From Prevotella sp. (GTDB lineage: Bacteria > Bacteroidota > Bacteroidia > Bacteroidales > Bacteroidaceae), in contig DAVZJL010000003.1 in NCBI GenBank assembly GCA_052272805.1, positions 9,762 through 73,761 of the forward strand: a stretch of DNA of 64,000 bases, in the 5' to 3' direction. Positions 1 through 9,738 of this stretch are shown here, one piece after another. Position 1 is the first letter of the stretch. Each line of letters starts with the position of its first letter. Made by a program: the position numbers and the translations under genes. Below the pieces are notes generated by a model, which did not search any database, was not told the DNA's origin, and was given only the letters and a program-made list of their open reading frames with translations.

Positions 1-2
1 TG

Positions 3-446
3 GAGTACAACGGCGGCATCACAGCATCCTACCCCATCAACCACGCCATGCTCGCAGGTGTCGACTACTTCTTCCATAGCAAGGACTTCAAGAACACGCT
101 CAACCTCAAAGCACTCTATAAGTATATCTGGGAGAACAAGCAAAGCGTGCCTATGCAGTTCACCGTGGTGTGGGCTATGAACGACCTCTTCGGCGTGAAG
201 GGCTTGAAGTTCGACGGCTTCGCCGACTTCTGGTGGGAGGATCACGCTGTCGACTTCCGCGCCGACGGCACATGCGACATGAAGAGCACCGTGTTCATCA
301 CCGAGCCGCAGCTCTGGTACAACGTGGGTCAGCACTTCGGATGCAACAACCTCAGCCTCGGTACAGAGATTGAGCTTTCTAACAACTTCGGCTCTACCGG
401 CGGATTTAAGTGCCGCCCGTGCTTGGGTATGAAGTGGGAGTTTTAA
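3..446 (+). CDS. DUF5020 family outer-membrane protein (Tsx-like nucleoside channel candidate), 5'-truncated by window
   Basis: Frame is open from base 3 (EYNGGITASYPINHAMLAG...). Motifs FDGFADFWW, FITEPQLWYN and GTEIELSNNF; C-terminal W-x-F typical of beta-barrel OMPs. Confidence 0.7.
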   Translation, partial: EYNGGITASYPINHAMLAGVDYFFHSKDFKNTLNLKALYKYIWENKQSVPMQFTVVWAMNDLFGVKGLKFDGFADFWWEDHAVDFRADGTCDMKSTVFITEPQLWYNVGQHFGCNNLSLGTEIELSNNFGSTGGFKCRPCLGMKWEF

Positions 447-456
447 AAGTAAAAAA

Positions 457-487
457 GCCCCTCCCAACCCTCCCCATCGGGGAGGGC
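457..487. repeat. REP-like GC-rich palindrome (CCCTCCCCATCGGGGAGGG family)
   Basis: The same hairpin recurs three times at 41531-41695. Confidence 0.7.
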
Positions 488-586
488 TCTCAAACTCACA
501 CCCCAAGGCTTAAAGAGGCCTAAAAAGGCTTAGTTCGGCTTAAGCTCAAGCTATTCCCAAAGGCTTAAACTCAATAAAAAAAAACA

Positions 587-1885
587 ATGCTTTCAAAACT
601 TTTCGGCTTCGACCCGTCGAAGCACAACATCAAGACTGAGGTGATGGCTGGCATCACCACCTTCCTCACCATGGCGTACATCCTTGCCGTCAACCCGAGC
701 ATCTTCAGCAACCTCGCTGACAAGGGTATGGACACCAACGCGGTGTTCACCGCAACGGCACTCGCCGCCATCATCGGCACACTCGCCATGGCTATCTACG
801 CCAAGAAGCCCTTCGGACTGGCACCGGGCATGGGCTTGAACGCCTTCTTCGTGTTCACCGTATGCCTCACCATGGGCTACTCATGGAAGTTTGCGCTCAC
901 CGCTATCCTCATCGAGGGTTTCATCTTCGTCGTACTAACACTGACAAAGGTGCGCACACTCATTGTCGACGCAATTCCGGCGTCTATCAAGCGCGCTATC
1001 GGTGCCGGCATCGGACTCTTCATCGCCTTCATCGGACTGAAGAACGCTGGCATCATCGTCGAGAACTCTGCCACCTTCGTCACCATCGGCAACATGACCG
1101 AGGGCACAGCGCTGCTCGGTGTGATTGGCATAGTGCTCACCTCGGTGCTCGTCATCAAGAACGTGCCGGGCTCGCTGCTCATCGGCATCCTCGCCACAGC
1201 ACTCATCGGCATACCGATGGGCGTAACCCACTTCTCGGGAGTGGTAGACACACCTCCGTCGGTGGCTCCGCTGTTCTGCCAGTTCGAGTTTCACAACATC
1301 TTCACGCTCGACATGCTCGTGGTGATGTTCACCTTCCTCTTCATCGACATGTTCGACACCATGGGCACACTCGTGGGCGTTTGCACTAAGGCGGGCATGA
1401 TGCAGAAGGACGGACGCATACCGGGTCTGAACAAGGCGTTCATGGCTGATGCCGTAGCCACAATGGCTGGCGCGTGCCTCGGCGCAAGCACCACTACTAC
1501 CTACGTGGAGAGTGCGGCAGGCGTAGCGCAGGGCGGACGCAGCGGTCTCACGGCGTTCTCTACGGCTATGTGCTTCGCTGTGGCTATGTTCTTCGCGCCG
1601 TTGTTCCTCTCCATACCGGCTGCTGCCACTACTCCGGTGCTCGTCATCGTGGGTCTGTTCATGCTCACACCGGTGAAGGACATCGACCTCGACAACTATG
1701 CTGAGTCGATACCGGCGTTCATCACCATCGTGATGATGCCGCTCACGTACAGCATCTCCGACGGCATCCTCTGCGGTGTTATCTCGTACGTGCTTATCAA
1801 TATGCTCTGCATGAACTGGAAGAAGCTCAACCCCACACTCTATGTTCTCGCCGCGCTGTTTATTATGAAGTACATCTTCATCTAA
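587..1885 (+). CDS. NCS2/AzgA family purine permease
   Basis: Motifs EVMAGITTFLTMAYILAVNP, APGMGLNAFF and TTTYVESAAG; many TM helices; 432 aa. Confidence 0.92.
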   Translation: MLSKLFGFDPSKHNIKTEVMAGITTFLTMAYILAVNPSIFSNLADKGMDTNAVFTATALAAIIGTLAMAIYAKKPFGLAPGMGLNAFFVFTVCLTMGYSWKFALTAILIEGFIFVVLTLTKVRTLIVDAIPASIKRAIGAGIGLFIAFIGLKNAGIIVENSATFVTIGNMTEGTALLGVIGIVLTSVLVIKNVPGSLLIGILATALIGIPMGVTHFSGVVDTPPSVAPLFCQFEFHNIFTLDMLVVMFTFLFIDMFDTMGTLVGVCTKAGMMQKDGRIPGLNKAFMADAVATMAGACLGASTTTTYVESAAGVAQGGRSGLTAFSTAMCFAVAMFFAPLFLSIPAAATTPVLVIVGLFMLTPVKDIDLDNYAESIPAFITIVMMPLTYSISDGILCGVISYVLINMLCMNWKKLNPTLYVLAALFIMKYIFI

Positions 1886-1916
1886 CATCGAGACATCTTT
1901 CAAACCAATACGCAAC

Positions 1917-1951
1917 AAAAAAAGCGAGGCTTTCGTGCCTCGCTTTTTTTT
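1917..1951. terminator. Bidirectional intrinsic terminator
   Basis: A7-GCGAGGC-loop-GCCTCGC-T8 between convergent genes. Confidence 0.85.
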
Positions 1952-1997
1952 GTTGGAGTATTTATGTTTATTGCCGTTTACTCAATCGGCGAACTGT

Positions 1998-2213
1998 TTA
2001 TAAATCGTCAGGGTCGTCAGTCCAGCCATCGAAGTAGACTCTTGACGCTGAGTGTGCACCTCCCCAGGAGTCGCCTGAGCTTGCAGACCTACTATCTAAT
2101 TCACCAGTGACACTCGTTCCGTTCGTTTCTATTTTTCCTGAACCAGCCATAATTGTTGTACAACACATTTCAACAACGTTTATTTTAGGGGCAGTATATA
2201 GTTTCTTATTCAT
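1998..2213 (-). CDS. Small peptide (71 aa) with KKxYxxP leader-like N-terminus
   Basis: MNKKLYTAPKINVVEMCCTTIMAGSG..., Gly/Ser-rich middle, acidic/aromatic tail; directly downstream of the surface-protein gene and followed by a terminator. Confidence 0.7.
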   Translation of the reverse strand: MNKKLYTAPKINVVEMCCTTIMAGSGKIETNGTSVTGELDSRSASSGDSWGGAHSASRVYFDGWTDDPDDL

Positions 2214-2267
2214 GATTATTCGCTTGTACTATGTTTTTTCTTTAATTCAGTTTCATTGTCAATCAGG

Positions 2268-4086
2268 CTACTTCACCAGCACTTTCTTGCCATTCTGTAC
2301 ATACACGCCGTGCAGACCTTCGAAGCTTGTGCCTACGAACTGACCCTGTAGGTTGTAGATGCGGTTATCGGTTGGCTGCTCAACAACAGTCGTAAGCTCG
2401 TCGATAGCGGTTGTTGCGCCGTCGATATTAGCACGCAGAGCTGCTGAGTTGGTGTCTTTCGGAACGATGAAGAACGCACGCATACCCTTCATCTTTGTGC
2501 TGCCCTTCGCCGGTTTGTAGAACTTGTCGCCGTCGCCAAGGAAGAGGTTTGTGCCGTCGTCAAGAAGGTCGGTCTTTGCGCCGTATGTGCCCTGCATAAA
2601 GAAGCCATTCTCGCCTAACTGCACGGGGTCACTCTCTACGATGTTCACGCCAGTGAATGAAGGATTTACCACCTCCTTAGTAGGCTTCACGATGTAAGGC
2701 TTGCCTGCCTCGATAGTAGTAGAAGCAGCGAAATTCATCACGTTGCCATTCATCGAGCCGAAGGTGTAAACCAATGTGCCTACACCAAACTTCTCAGCAA
2801 TCACGTCTGCAGAGATTGTGAACGGCACACAGAACGAGTTCCAATATGCGGGGCTCAGTGTGCGCTTAAGCTGCACGTCAACATCATTCTGAGCATTGAA
2901 CGAATTCACAGTTACCTCATCAAGCGTATTGCTCACAGTGGTTGTGCCTGCGCTATAATCATTTGTTACGACACGAATATAATTGTACTTAGCTCTACTT
3001 TCCTGTTTTGTTCCTTCGCCTGAACCAACCTTAATAGTAGAAAGACTGAAGAATTGTTTCTTGTAGTATTCTTCAGAATACTGATTTATTATTTCTTTAG
3101 AGAATACAACTGTGCCATTCACTACAAATCCTTTCTCACTTGACAATTCCACTCTCAACATATTTCCATCAAGTAAAGTAGAACTTCCAAAGGCTGTAGC
3201 ACCTCCACTGAGAGGATTTCCTACTAAATACGCAGTAATACCACCGGATGTTTTATACATATGAATATTAACTGCCTTAAAGGTTAGTATGTCATCGCCA
3301 ATAGAGAACAAATCTTCAATTCCTGTACCACATGTGCTGATATCAATCTCAGCAATTACTTTCTGTATTGTCCAATCAATATCAGTTGCGTCTACAAATT
3401 GAGTTCCAACGCCTTGATAATTCTCACGCAAAGTTGACACGACAGAGCCTTCAGGCAAAGACCGATTTGTGATATTAGCCTTTACTCCGAGATCTGCTTC
3501 CTTAAGGATCCAGCATGAACCAGCATCACTACTTCCTGAATCTTTCCACAGACCAACAGTTATAGATGAGTTTGCACCATTTCCACCATTATAATTCAGA
3601 TAGCGGTCTTCGTCAATAGTGCCATCTGAAGCATACGGGCGCATTTGGTATCCCGAGTGGGAACCATTAGTACAGGAAGTGATTTCAAAATAACAACCTT
3701 CTGCTTTTGTATCACTCAACTTAAGAAAGCCTTGCTTATTATCATATGAAGCAGCAAGATCATAAGTGACCCATTTCTTTGCAGAATAGTTGTAGATGTA
3801 ATAAGTGTTCGACTTTCCAGCAACGGCATAGAAAGCAAAGGAAGCTGCATTAGCCGGACTGTTAACTACAGAATACAAATTAACATTCCAGTAACCATAA
3901 TCTATGGTGACATTGTTAAGTACATTAACATTATTAATAGTGTAAGCAAATTCTGGTCTTCCGAGAGACGGATCCGTAGAAGATGCTTGCAATGTAGCGG
4001 TGGTTTCGGCTAAAGTTTTACCCCCCCCCGATTAAAAATAGCAATGCAAAGATTGCAATGATTTTGTTTAAGTTAAAGGTCTTCAT
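2268..4086 (-). CDS. Secreted surface protein with Prevotella-type C-terminal (T9SS-like) sorting domain; currently frameshifted at a poly-G tract
   Basis: C-terminus TTAIDELTTVVEQPTDNRIYNLQGQFVG...GVYVQNGKKVLVK. The ATG at 4086 gives signal peptide MKTFNLNKIIAIFALLFLIGGG then TAA; with 8 G instead of 9 it joins the 574-aa ORF (GGGKTLAETTATLQASS). Confidence 0.8.
4021..4029 (-). repeat. G9 homopolymer (slipped-strand switch) in signal-peptide coding region
   Basis: CCCCCCCCC on the + strand within AT-rich DNA, located exactly at the frameshift. Confidence 0.85.
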
Positions 4087-4169
4087 ATTTAAGCTATTAA
4101 GTTGTTAGATATTTTTAGTTCTTTATACGTAGTTTGTACTATTGTTCAGGCATATCAGAATATGAGCAA

Positions 4170-4200
4170 CAAAATTAAGTAATTATTTTTTACGCACAAA
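4170..4200 (-). promoter_or_regulatory. Bacteroidetes primary-sigma promoter for the surface-protein gene
   Basis: Minus strand TTTG (4197-4200), 19-nt spacer, TAATTTTG (4170-4177). Confidence 0.55.
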
Positions 4201-4328
4201 AGAAAAATAAAACAATTTGCTCTTGAAGCCTTAAAATTTAACTATTCAGGTTCGTATGTCTAAATATTAATTAAATAAGGTGGGGATTACATCGCGAATA
4301 CGCAGAATTGTTGTACTTTTGCCGAGCA

Positions 4329-4763
4329 ATGAAGAAATTAACACTCATAACATTAATCGCCTTGACGCTCGCTTCGTGCGCCAAGACCGACGACGAGCAG
4401 GCGCGCGAAATGCTCACACGCATACATACGCTCTACGAGAGTGGCAACTATCGCGCCACGCTCGACTCTATCACGCTGCTGCGCGACCGCTACCCTGCTG
4501 CCATCGAGGTGCGCAAGGAGGCACTCGTGGTGTGGCAGAACGCATCGCTGAAGATGGCGCAGGCGGATGTGGCTGCCACCGACGTGCTGCTGCAACAGAC
4601 GATAGCGCAGCTCGACACCACAACCAACCGCTACCAACGCAACATGCTCGGCGTGAAGCGCGACTCGCTGCAGGCGCGCTACGACGCTATGTGCGGTGTG
4701 GTGAAGATGATCAGGATGCGACAGAAGAACGAACAGAACAACCTGAGCAAAACAGAGAAGTAA
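4329..4763 (+). CDS. Hypothetical lipoprotein
   Basis: MKKLTLITLIALTLASC lipobox, helical body; TACTTTTG -7 box just upstream. Confidence 0.75.
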   Translation: MKKLTLITLIALTLASCAKTDDEQAREMLTRIHTLYESGNYRATLDSITLLRDRYPAAIEVRKEALVVWQNASLKMAQADVAATDVLLQQTIAQLDTTTNRYQRNMLGVKRDSLQARYDAMCGVVKMIRMRQKNEQNNLSKTEK

Positions 4764-4832
4764 GCGCAGAAGTAGTAAAAACACAACTACGTTTGCTCAA
4801 TTCATAAGTTTTTTGTATTTTTGTGCCGATTT

Positions 4833-5375
4833 ATGGATACTACAAAGACAGAAGAACAGTTTAAGAGAGTGATGGACGAGTGTCGCACGCTCTTTGCGAA
4901 GAAGCTCCATGACTATGGGGCTTCGTGGCGTATATTGCGCCCATCGTCGCTCACCGACCAGCTTTTCATAAAGGCAAAGCGCATACGCTCGCTCGAGACA
5001 ACGGGCACTTCGCTCGTTGGCGAAGGCATACGCCCCGAGTTCATAGCACTCATCAACTATGGCATCATCGGACTAATACAGATAGAGAAGGGCTTCGTAG
5101 ACACCGTAGACATAACGCCCGACGAGGCTCTCGCGCTCTACGACGTTCACGCCAAGGAGTGCCTGGAGCTGATGCTGCGCAAGAACCACGACTACAACGA
5201 GGCGTGGCGCGATATGCGCATCAGCAGCTACACCGACTTCATACTGACAAAGATACAACGCATAAAGGAGATTGAGGGATTGGACGGCAAGACACTCGTG
5301 TCGGAAGGCATCGACTCCAACTATATGGACATCATCAACTATGCGTGCTTCGGAGCGATAAAGATGACGGAGTAA
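4833..5375 (+). CDS. DUF1599 domain protein (two tandem repeats)
   Basis: Internal duplication KKLHDYG...LINYG / RKNHDYN...IINYA; usual Bacteroidota position before BT_3928-like gene and tpiA. Confidence 0.8.
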   Translation: MDTTKTEEQFKRVMDECRTLFAKKLHDYGASWRILRPSSLTDQLFIKAKRIRSLETTGTSLVGEGIRPEFIALINYGIIGLIQIEKGFVDTVDITPDEALALYDVHAKECLELMLRKNHDYNEAWRDMRISSYTDFILTKIQRIKEIEGLDGKTLVSEGIDSNYMDIINYACFGAIKMTE

Positions 5376-6685
5376 TGCAGAAGCTAAGGATTACAGCCGT
5401 AAACGTCTGCCGGTTCGTGCTCGCTGCCACGTTCATCTTCTCGGGATACGTGAAGGCTATCGACCCGTTAGGCACGCTCTACAAGCTGAAAGACTACGCC
5501 GCAGCGATGCCGCTGAACGGTCTGCTGCCCGACTGGGTGCTCGTCGGCGTAGCGATAGCTTTAGGTGCATTGGAGTTTGCGTTGGGCGTGTTCATGCTGT
5601 TCGCCGTGCGCAGACACCTCGTATCGCGCATCACACTCGCCTTTATGACGGCGATGACGGTGCTCACGATATGGATATTCGTAGCCGACCCAGTGAAAGA
5701 CTGCGGTTGTTTCGGCGATGCGCTGAAGCTGACCAACGGCGAGACGCTGCTGAAGAACATAGTGCTCGTAGCGTGTGCCGCACTCGTGGCATGGCGGCCG
5801 GCGGATATGGCGCGCTTCATATCGCGCTCCAACCAGTGGATAGTGCGCTACTACACCGTGGCGTACATCGTCATAACAAGTGTCTACTGCCTCTACACAC
5901 TGCCCATCTTCGACTTCCGACCATACCACGTGGGCATGAACATAAAGCAGGGCATGGAGATACCCGAAGGCGCAGAGCAGCCGGAGTTTGAAAGCACGTT
6001 CCTGCTGAAGAAGAACGGCGAGACGCGCGAGTTCACGCTCGACAACTATCCCGACTCAACATGGGAGTACGTAGACACCCGAACGGTGCAGACAAAGAAG
6101 GGATACGAGCCCCCAATACACGACTTCGCGCTGACCACATGCGACACGGGCGAGGACATCACCGAGCAAGTGCTGACGAAGAAGGGCTACACCTTCTTGC
6201 TCGTATCGCCCCGACTGGCAGTGGCTGACGATAGCAACTTTGGCGATATCGACCAGATATACGAATACGCGGAGGAGAACGGTGCCGACTTCTACTGCGT
6301 GACGGCATCAGCCAACAACGAGATCGAACGCTGGCGCGACCTCACGGGGGCAGAATATCCGTTCTGCAACGCCGACGAGACAACGCTGAAGACAATGATA
6401 CGCAGCAACCCCGGACTGATTCTGCTGAAGGACGGCACGATAATAGGCAAGTGGAGCCACAACACGCTGCCACAAACCGACGACCTCACAGCCCCACTGC
6501 AGCAGCTGCAGATAGGAGAGGCGCAGAACGATAGCACACCCGAGCGTCTACTCATCGTGCTGCTCACGTTCTTCCTACCGCTCTCGGCACTCGCTATAGC
6601 CGACAGACTGTGGGCATGGTCGAAATGGATTAGAAACAAACAAAGCAATAACAGAATATTTAATCTTTTTAAAACAGAAAAGAAA
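5375..6685 (+). CDS. BT_3928-like DoxX/MauE membrane protein with thioredoxin-like domain; no stop codon, reads in frame into tpiA
   Basis: Motifs [20 protein letters not shown] and [13 protein letters not shown] overlap with the DUF1599 stop. Confidence 0.8.
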
Positions 6686-7447
6686 ATGAGAAAGAAAATT
6701 GTAGCAGGTAACTGGAAAATGAACATGAACCTGCAGGATGGCGTTGCTCTCGCAAAGGAAATCAACGAGGCACTTGTAGCTGACAAACCTAACTGCGACG
6801 TAGTGATCTGCACTCCGTTCATCCACTTGGCTTCTGTAGCTGGCGTACTCGACTCTACAGTAGTAGGCCTCGGCGCTGAGAACTGCGCAGACAAGGCTCA
6901 TGGTGCTTACACCGGTGAGGTTTCAGCAGAGATGGTAAAGAGCACAGGTGCTCAGTACGTTATCCTCGGCCACTCAGAGCGTCGTCAGTACTACGGCGAG
7001 ACAGCCGAGATTCTGAAGGAGAAGGTAGACTTGGCACTTGCTAACGGCTTGAAGATTCTCTTCTGCTGCGGCGAGACTCTCGAAGAGCGCGAGGCAGAGA
7101 AGCAGAACGAGGTAGTAAAGGCAGAGCTCGAGGGCTCAGTATTCCACCTCGATGCAGAGGCTTGGAAGAACATCATCATCGCTTACGAGCCGATCTGGGC
7201 TATCGGTACAGGCAAGACCGCTACATCTGATCAGGCTGAGGAGATGCTCGCTTACATCCGCTCTACAGTAGCAGAGAAGTACGGCGCAGAGGCTGCTGAG
7301 GAGACATCTATCCTCTACGGCGGTAGCTGCAAGGCAAGCAACGCTCCTGAACTCTTCTCTAAGCCGAACATCGACGGTGGCTTGATCGGTGGTGCTTCGC
7401 TGAAGTGCGCTGACTTCAAGGGCATCATCGACGCTTGGAAGAAGTAA
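6686..7447 (+). CDS. tpiA: Triosephosphate isomerase
   Basis: Motifs [30 protein letters not shown] and [10 protein letters not shown]-rich initiation region before ATG 6686. Confidence 0.97.
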   Translation: MRKKIVAGNWKMNMNLQDGVALAKEINEALVADKPNCDVVICTPFIHLASVAGVLDSTVVGLGAENCADKAHGAYTGEVSAEMVKSTGAQYVILGHSERRQYYGETAEILKEKVDLALANGLKILFCCGETLEEREAEKQNEVVKAELEGSVFHLDAEAWKNIIIAYEPIWAIGTGKTATSDQAEEMLAYIRSTVAEKYGAEAAEETSILYGGSCKASNAPELFSKPNIDGGLIGGASLKCADFKGIIDAWKK

Positions 7448-7463
7448 TTCTAAGGAATAGCAT

Positions 7464-7577
7464 TGAGGGTGTGTCAAAATTCAATGCTCATTAATCGCTA
7501 TATACCCAGGGCTTGCCCTGGGCTATGTAGTGCTGCCCCTTCGGGGCGTACCGCTTACGACTTTTGACACTCCCTCA
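7464..7577. mobile_element. MITE-like element (114 bp) with 16-bp terminal inverted repeats
   Basis: TGAGGGTGTGTCAAAA ... TTTTGACACTCCCTCA (1 mismatch), with internal hairpins CCCAGGGC-TT-GCCCTGGG and GCCCC-TTC-GGGGC. Confidence 0.55.
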
Positions 7578-7582
7578 TCTCC

Positions 7583-7631
7583 TCGTCAACTTGTCAACTC
7601 GTCAACTTGTCAACTTGTCAACTCGTCAACT
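7583..7631. repeat. 8-mer tandem repeat (T[C/T]GTCAAC)n
   Basis: About six copies immediately upstream of the SPOR gene start. Confidence 0.85.
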
Positions 7632-7640
7632 AACAAAGCA

Positions 7641-8258
7641 ATGAAACGTCTTTTTATTCTCTCATGTCTCATCGTCTGCATCACTACCATCGCACACGCA
7701 CAGACCTACACCCAGCATCTGCAACAGAAAATAGCAGGCAAGGGAAGCGTGGTTGTGACACAGAGCGAGGAAATAGACCAGTTGGTGAACACTGCCAACG
7801 TAACCCCAAAACAGCAGGAGGCTGCACACAAACCTACGCAGCCCACAGTAAAGACAAACAAGCATCAAGAGCACGAGACTGCAACCCACAACCACACACC
7901 GCGACACGAAGCCACTACGCCGCACAGCAGTAACACTGAGGCAACCGCTACGGAGCCAGCATTGGACACAAGCAAGAAGGTGATGCGCCGTGCATACAAG
8001 ACGAACGGCTACCGAGTGCAGGTGTTCGCCGGTGGCAACTCACGCAACGACAAGATAAAGGCACAGCAGGCTGGCAACGCGGTGAAGGCTGCGTTCCCAA
8101 GTCACCCGATATACGTACACTTCTACTCGCCCCGCTGGATATGCCGCATGGGCAACTACCGCACATACGAGGAGGCAAGCGCTGTATTGGCGCAGGTGAA
8201 GAAGTTGGGATATAAGCAGGCGTGCATCGTGAGCGGAAAGATTTCCGTTGCGTATTAG
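7641..8258 (+). CDS. SPOR domain-containing periplasmic protein
   Basis: Signal peptide, low-complexity linker, C-terminal GYRVQVFAG...PRWICRMGNYRTYEEA SPOR domain. Confidence 0.85.
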   Translation: MKRLFILSCLIVCITTIAHAQTYTQHLQQKIAGKGSVVVTQSEEIDQLVNTANVTPKQQEAAHKPTQPTVKTNKHQEHETATHNHTPRHEATTPHSSNTEATATEPALDTSKKVMRRAYKTNGYRVQVFAGGNSRNDKIKAQQAGNAVKAAFPSHPIYVHFYSPRWICRMGNYRTYEEASAVLAQVKKLGYKQACIVSGKISVAY

Positions 8259-8419
8259 AATTTTGAATTTTGAATTTTGAATTGTCGGCTGCGCCGATGA
8301 GGAATTATTCAATGTTGAATTCAAAATTCAAAACTCAAAACTCAAAATTCAAAATTCAAAACTCAAAATGCGCGCAGCGCACAACTCAAAACTCAAAATT
8401 CAAAATTCAAAACTCACAA
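8259..8419. repeat. Inverted heptamer array (TTTTGAA)n/(TTCAAAA)n with TCGGCTGCGCCGA hairpin
   Basis: Seen directly; related copies at 19684-19793, 45410-45540 and 46779-46970. Confidence 0.85.
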
Positions 8420-9010
8420 ATGGTTACTCCGGAATTCAGAGAGGGCTTGGACGACCTTGCCTCACACTATAAAAGCATATTAAGCCTATTAGGCGAAGAC
8501 ACAGAACGCGAAGGACTACAGAAGACACCGATGCGCGTGGCAAAGGCGATGCAAGTGCTCACACGTGGCTACTCGCAAGACCCACAGAAGGTGCTGACGG
8601 ACGCACTCTTCAAAGAAGACTACAGCCAGATGGTGGTGGTGAAGGATATCGATGTGTTCTCGCTCTGCGAACACCATATGCTGCCGTTCTACGGCAAGGC
8701 ACACGTGGCATACATACCGAACGGATACATCACCGGACTGAGCAAGATAGCACGCGTGGTGGACATCTTCTCGCATCGCCTGCAGGTGCAGGAGCGACTC
8801 ACACAGCAGATACGCGAGTGCATCGAGCAAACGCTGCACCCACTCGGCGTGATGGTTGTGATAGAGGCAAAGCACATGTGTATGCAGATGCGCGGTGTGG
8901 AGAAGCAAAGCTCTATAACCATGACGAGCGACTTCTCAGGAGCATTCGAGCAGGCGAAGACGCGCCAGGAGTTTATGAACCTCATCAACTCCGACTCGCA
9001 CAAGTTCTGA
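8420..9010 (+). CDS. folE: GTP cyclohydrolase I
   Basis: Motifs [38 protein letters not shown] and HMCMQMRGV. Confidence 0.96.
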   Translation: MVTPEFREGLDDLASHYKSILSLLGEDTEREGLQKTPMRVAKAMQVLTRGYSQDPQKVLTDALFKEDYSQMVVVKDIDVFSLCEHHMLPFYGKAHVAYIPNGYITGLSKIARVVDIFSHRLQVQERLTQQIRECIEQTLHPLGVMVVIEAKHMCMQMRGVEKQSSITMTSDFSGAFEQAKTRQEFMNLINSDSHKF

Positions 9011-9048
9011 TAAAAGTAAAAAAGTAAAAGAGTAAAAAAGTAAAAAGA
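9011..9048. repeat. A-rich 8-mer tandem repeat (AAAAAGTA/AAAGAGTA)
   Basis: Same family at 15074-15156 and 53452-53505. Confidence 0.75.
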
Positions 9049-9049
9049 G

Positions 9050-9727
9050 ATGAAAACCACAAAGAAATTGATGTTGTTTGTTGCGACACTGTTCGTTGCA
9101 ACATTCGCACTCTCATCATGCTTAAATGATGACAACGACTACAAGGTGCCCACAAAGGAAGAACAAGCAAACTATCAAAAATTGATGGCAGGTACATACG
9201 GTTCGGTGGTACGCTTCTACTACCAGAACTATAACCAAGCTGTGAAGTACGACTCAATCAAGCACTACAGCTGGGACGTGACCGCCGACTCAACCATCAC
9301 TATGCGCGACTTCCCCATATGCAAACTCGACTCGGCTATCTTCATTCCGAAGAACGACAACAGCACAAGAGCACAAGAGCTTGCTGCGCTGCGCACAGCA
9401 ATACATGAGTCGCAGAACACCGTGACGGCGTTCACCTCTAAATACTTCGTGCCAAACACAAGCTACCAACATCAATACGGTTATAAATTTGCAGTGTTCC
9501 CGAAGACAATCAAGCAGAGTTTCGTCTACAATGGCAAGGCGCACGACGTGTACTTCATCTTTGACCTCTCAGGCTACATCGGCACTTATGCTTCAAACAG
9601 CTTTGTCGACAAGATATTCGAGTATAACATGGTGCTCTCGGGCATCTGCGTAGACGAATATAAGGAGAACAAACTCATCTCAGACATATACTTCCGCCAG
9701 GTTCTGATGACCTGCACAACAAAATAA
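9050..9727 (+). CDS. Lipoprotein, DUF4840-like
   Basis: Lipobox ALSSC followed by acidic LNDDND; MAGTYG motif and [12 protein letters not shown]. Confidence 0.65.
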   Translation: MKTTKKLMLFVATLFVATFALSSCLNDDNDYKVPTKEEQANYQKLMAGTYGSVVRFYYQNYNQAVKYDSIKHYSWDVTADSTITMRDFPICKLDSAIFIPKNDNSTRAQELAALRTAIHESQNTVTAFTSKYFVPNTSYQHQYGYKFAVFPKTIKQSFVYNGKAHDVYFIFDLSGYIGTYASNSFVDKIFEYNMVLSGICVDEYKENKLISDIYFRQVLMTCTTK

Positions 9728-9738
9728 AAACGAACTAT

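Noticed and set aside
935..1918. Long antisense and alternate-frame ORFs (also 24483-25670, 42139-43173, 48116-49315 and others)
   Set aside because: Shadows of real genes with strong third-position GC bias; no recognisable motifs.
1998..2213. Lasso peptide biosynthetic cluster
   Set aside because: No lasso cyclase, peptidase, RRE or exporter nearby.
7530..8419. N-terminal extensions of SPOR and folE ORFs (RQLVNSS / NSKFKIQ repeats)
   Set aside because: Translations of intergenic tandem repeats; true starts are 7641 and 8420.
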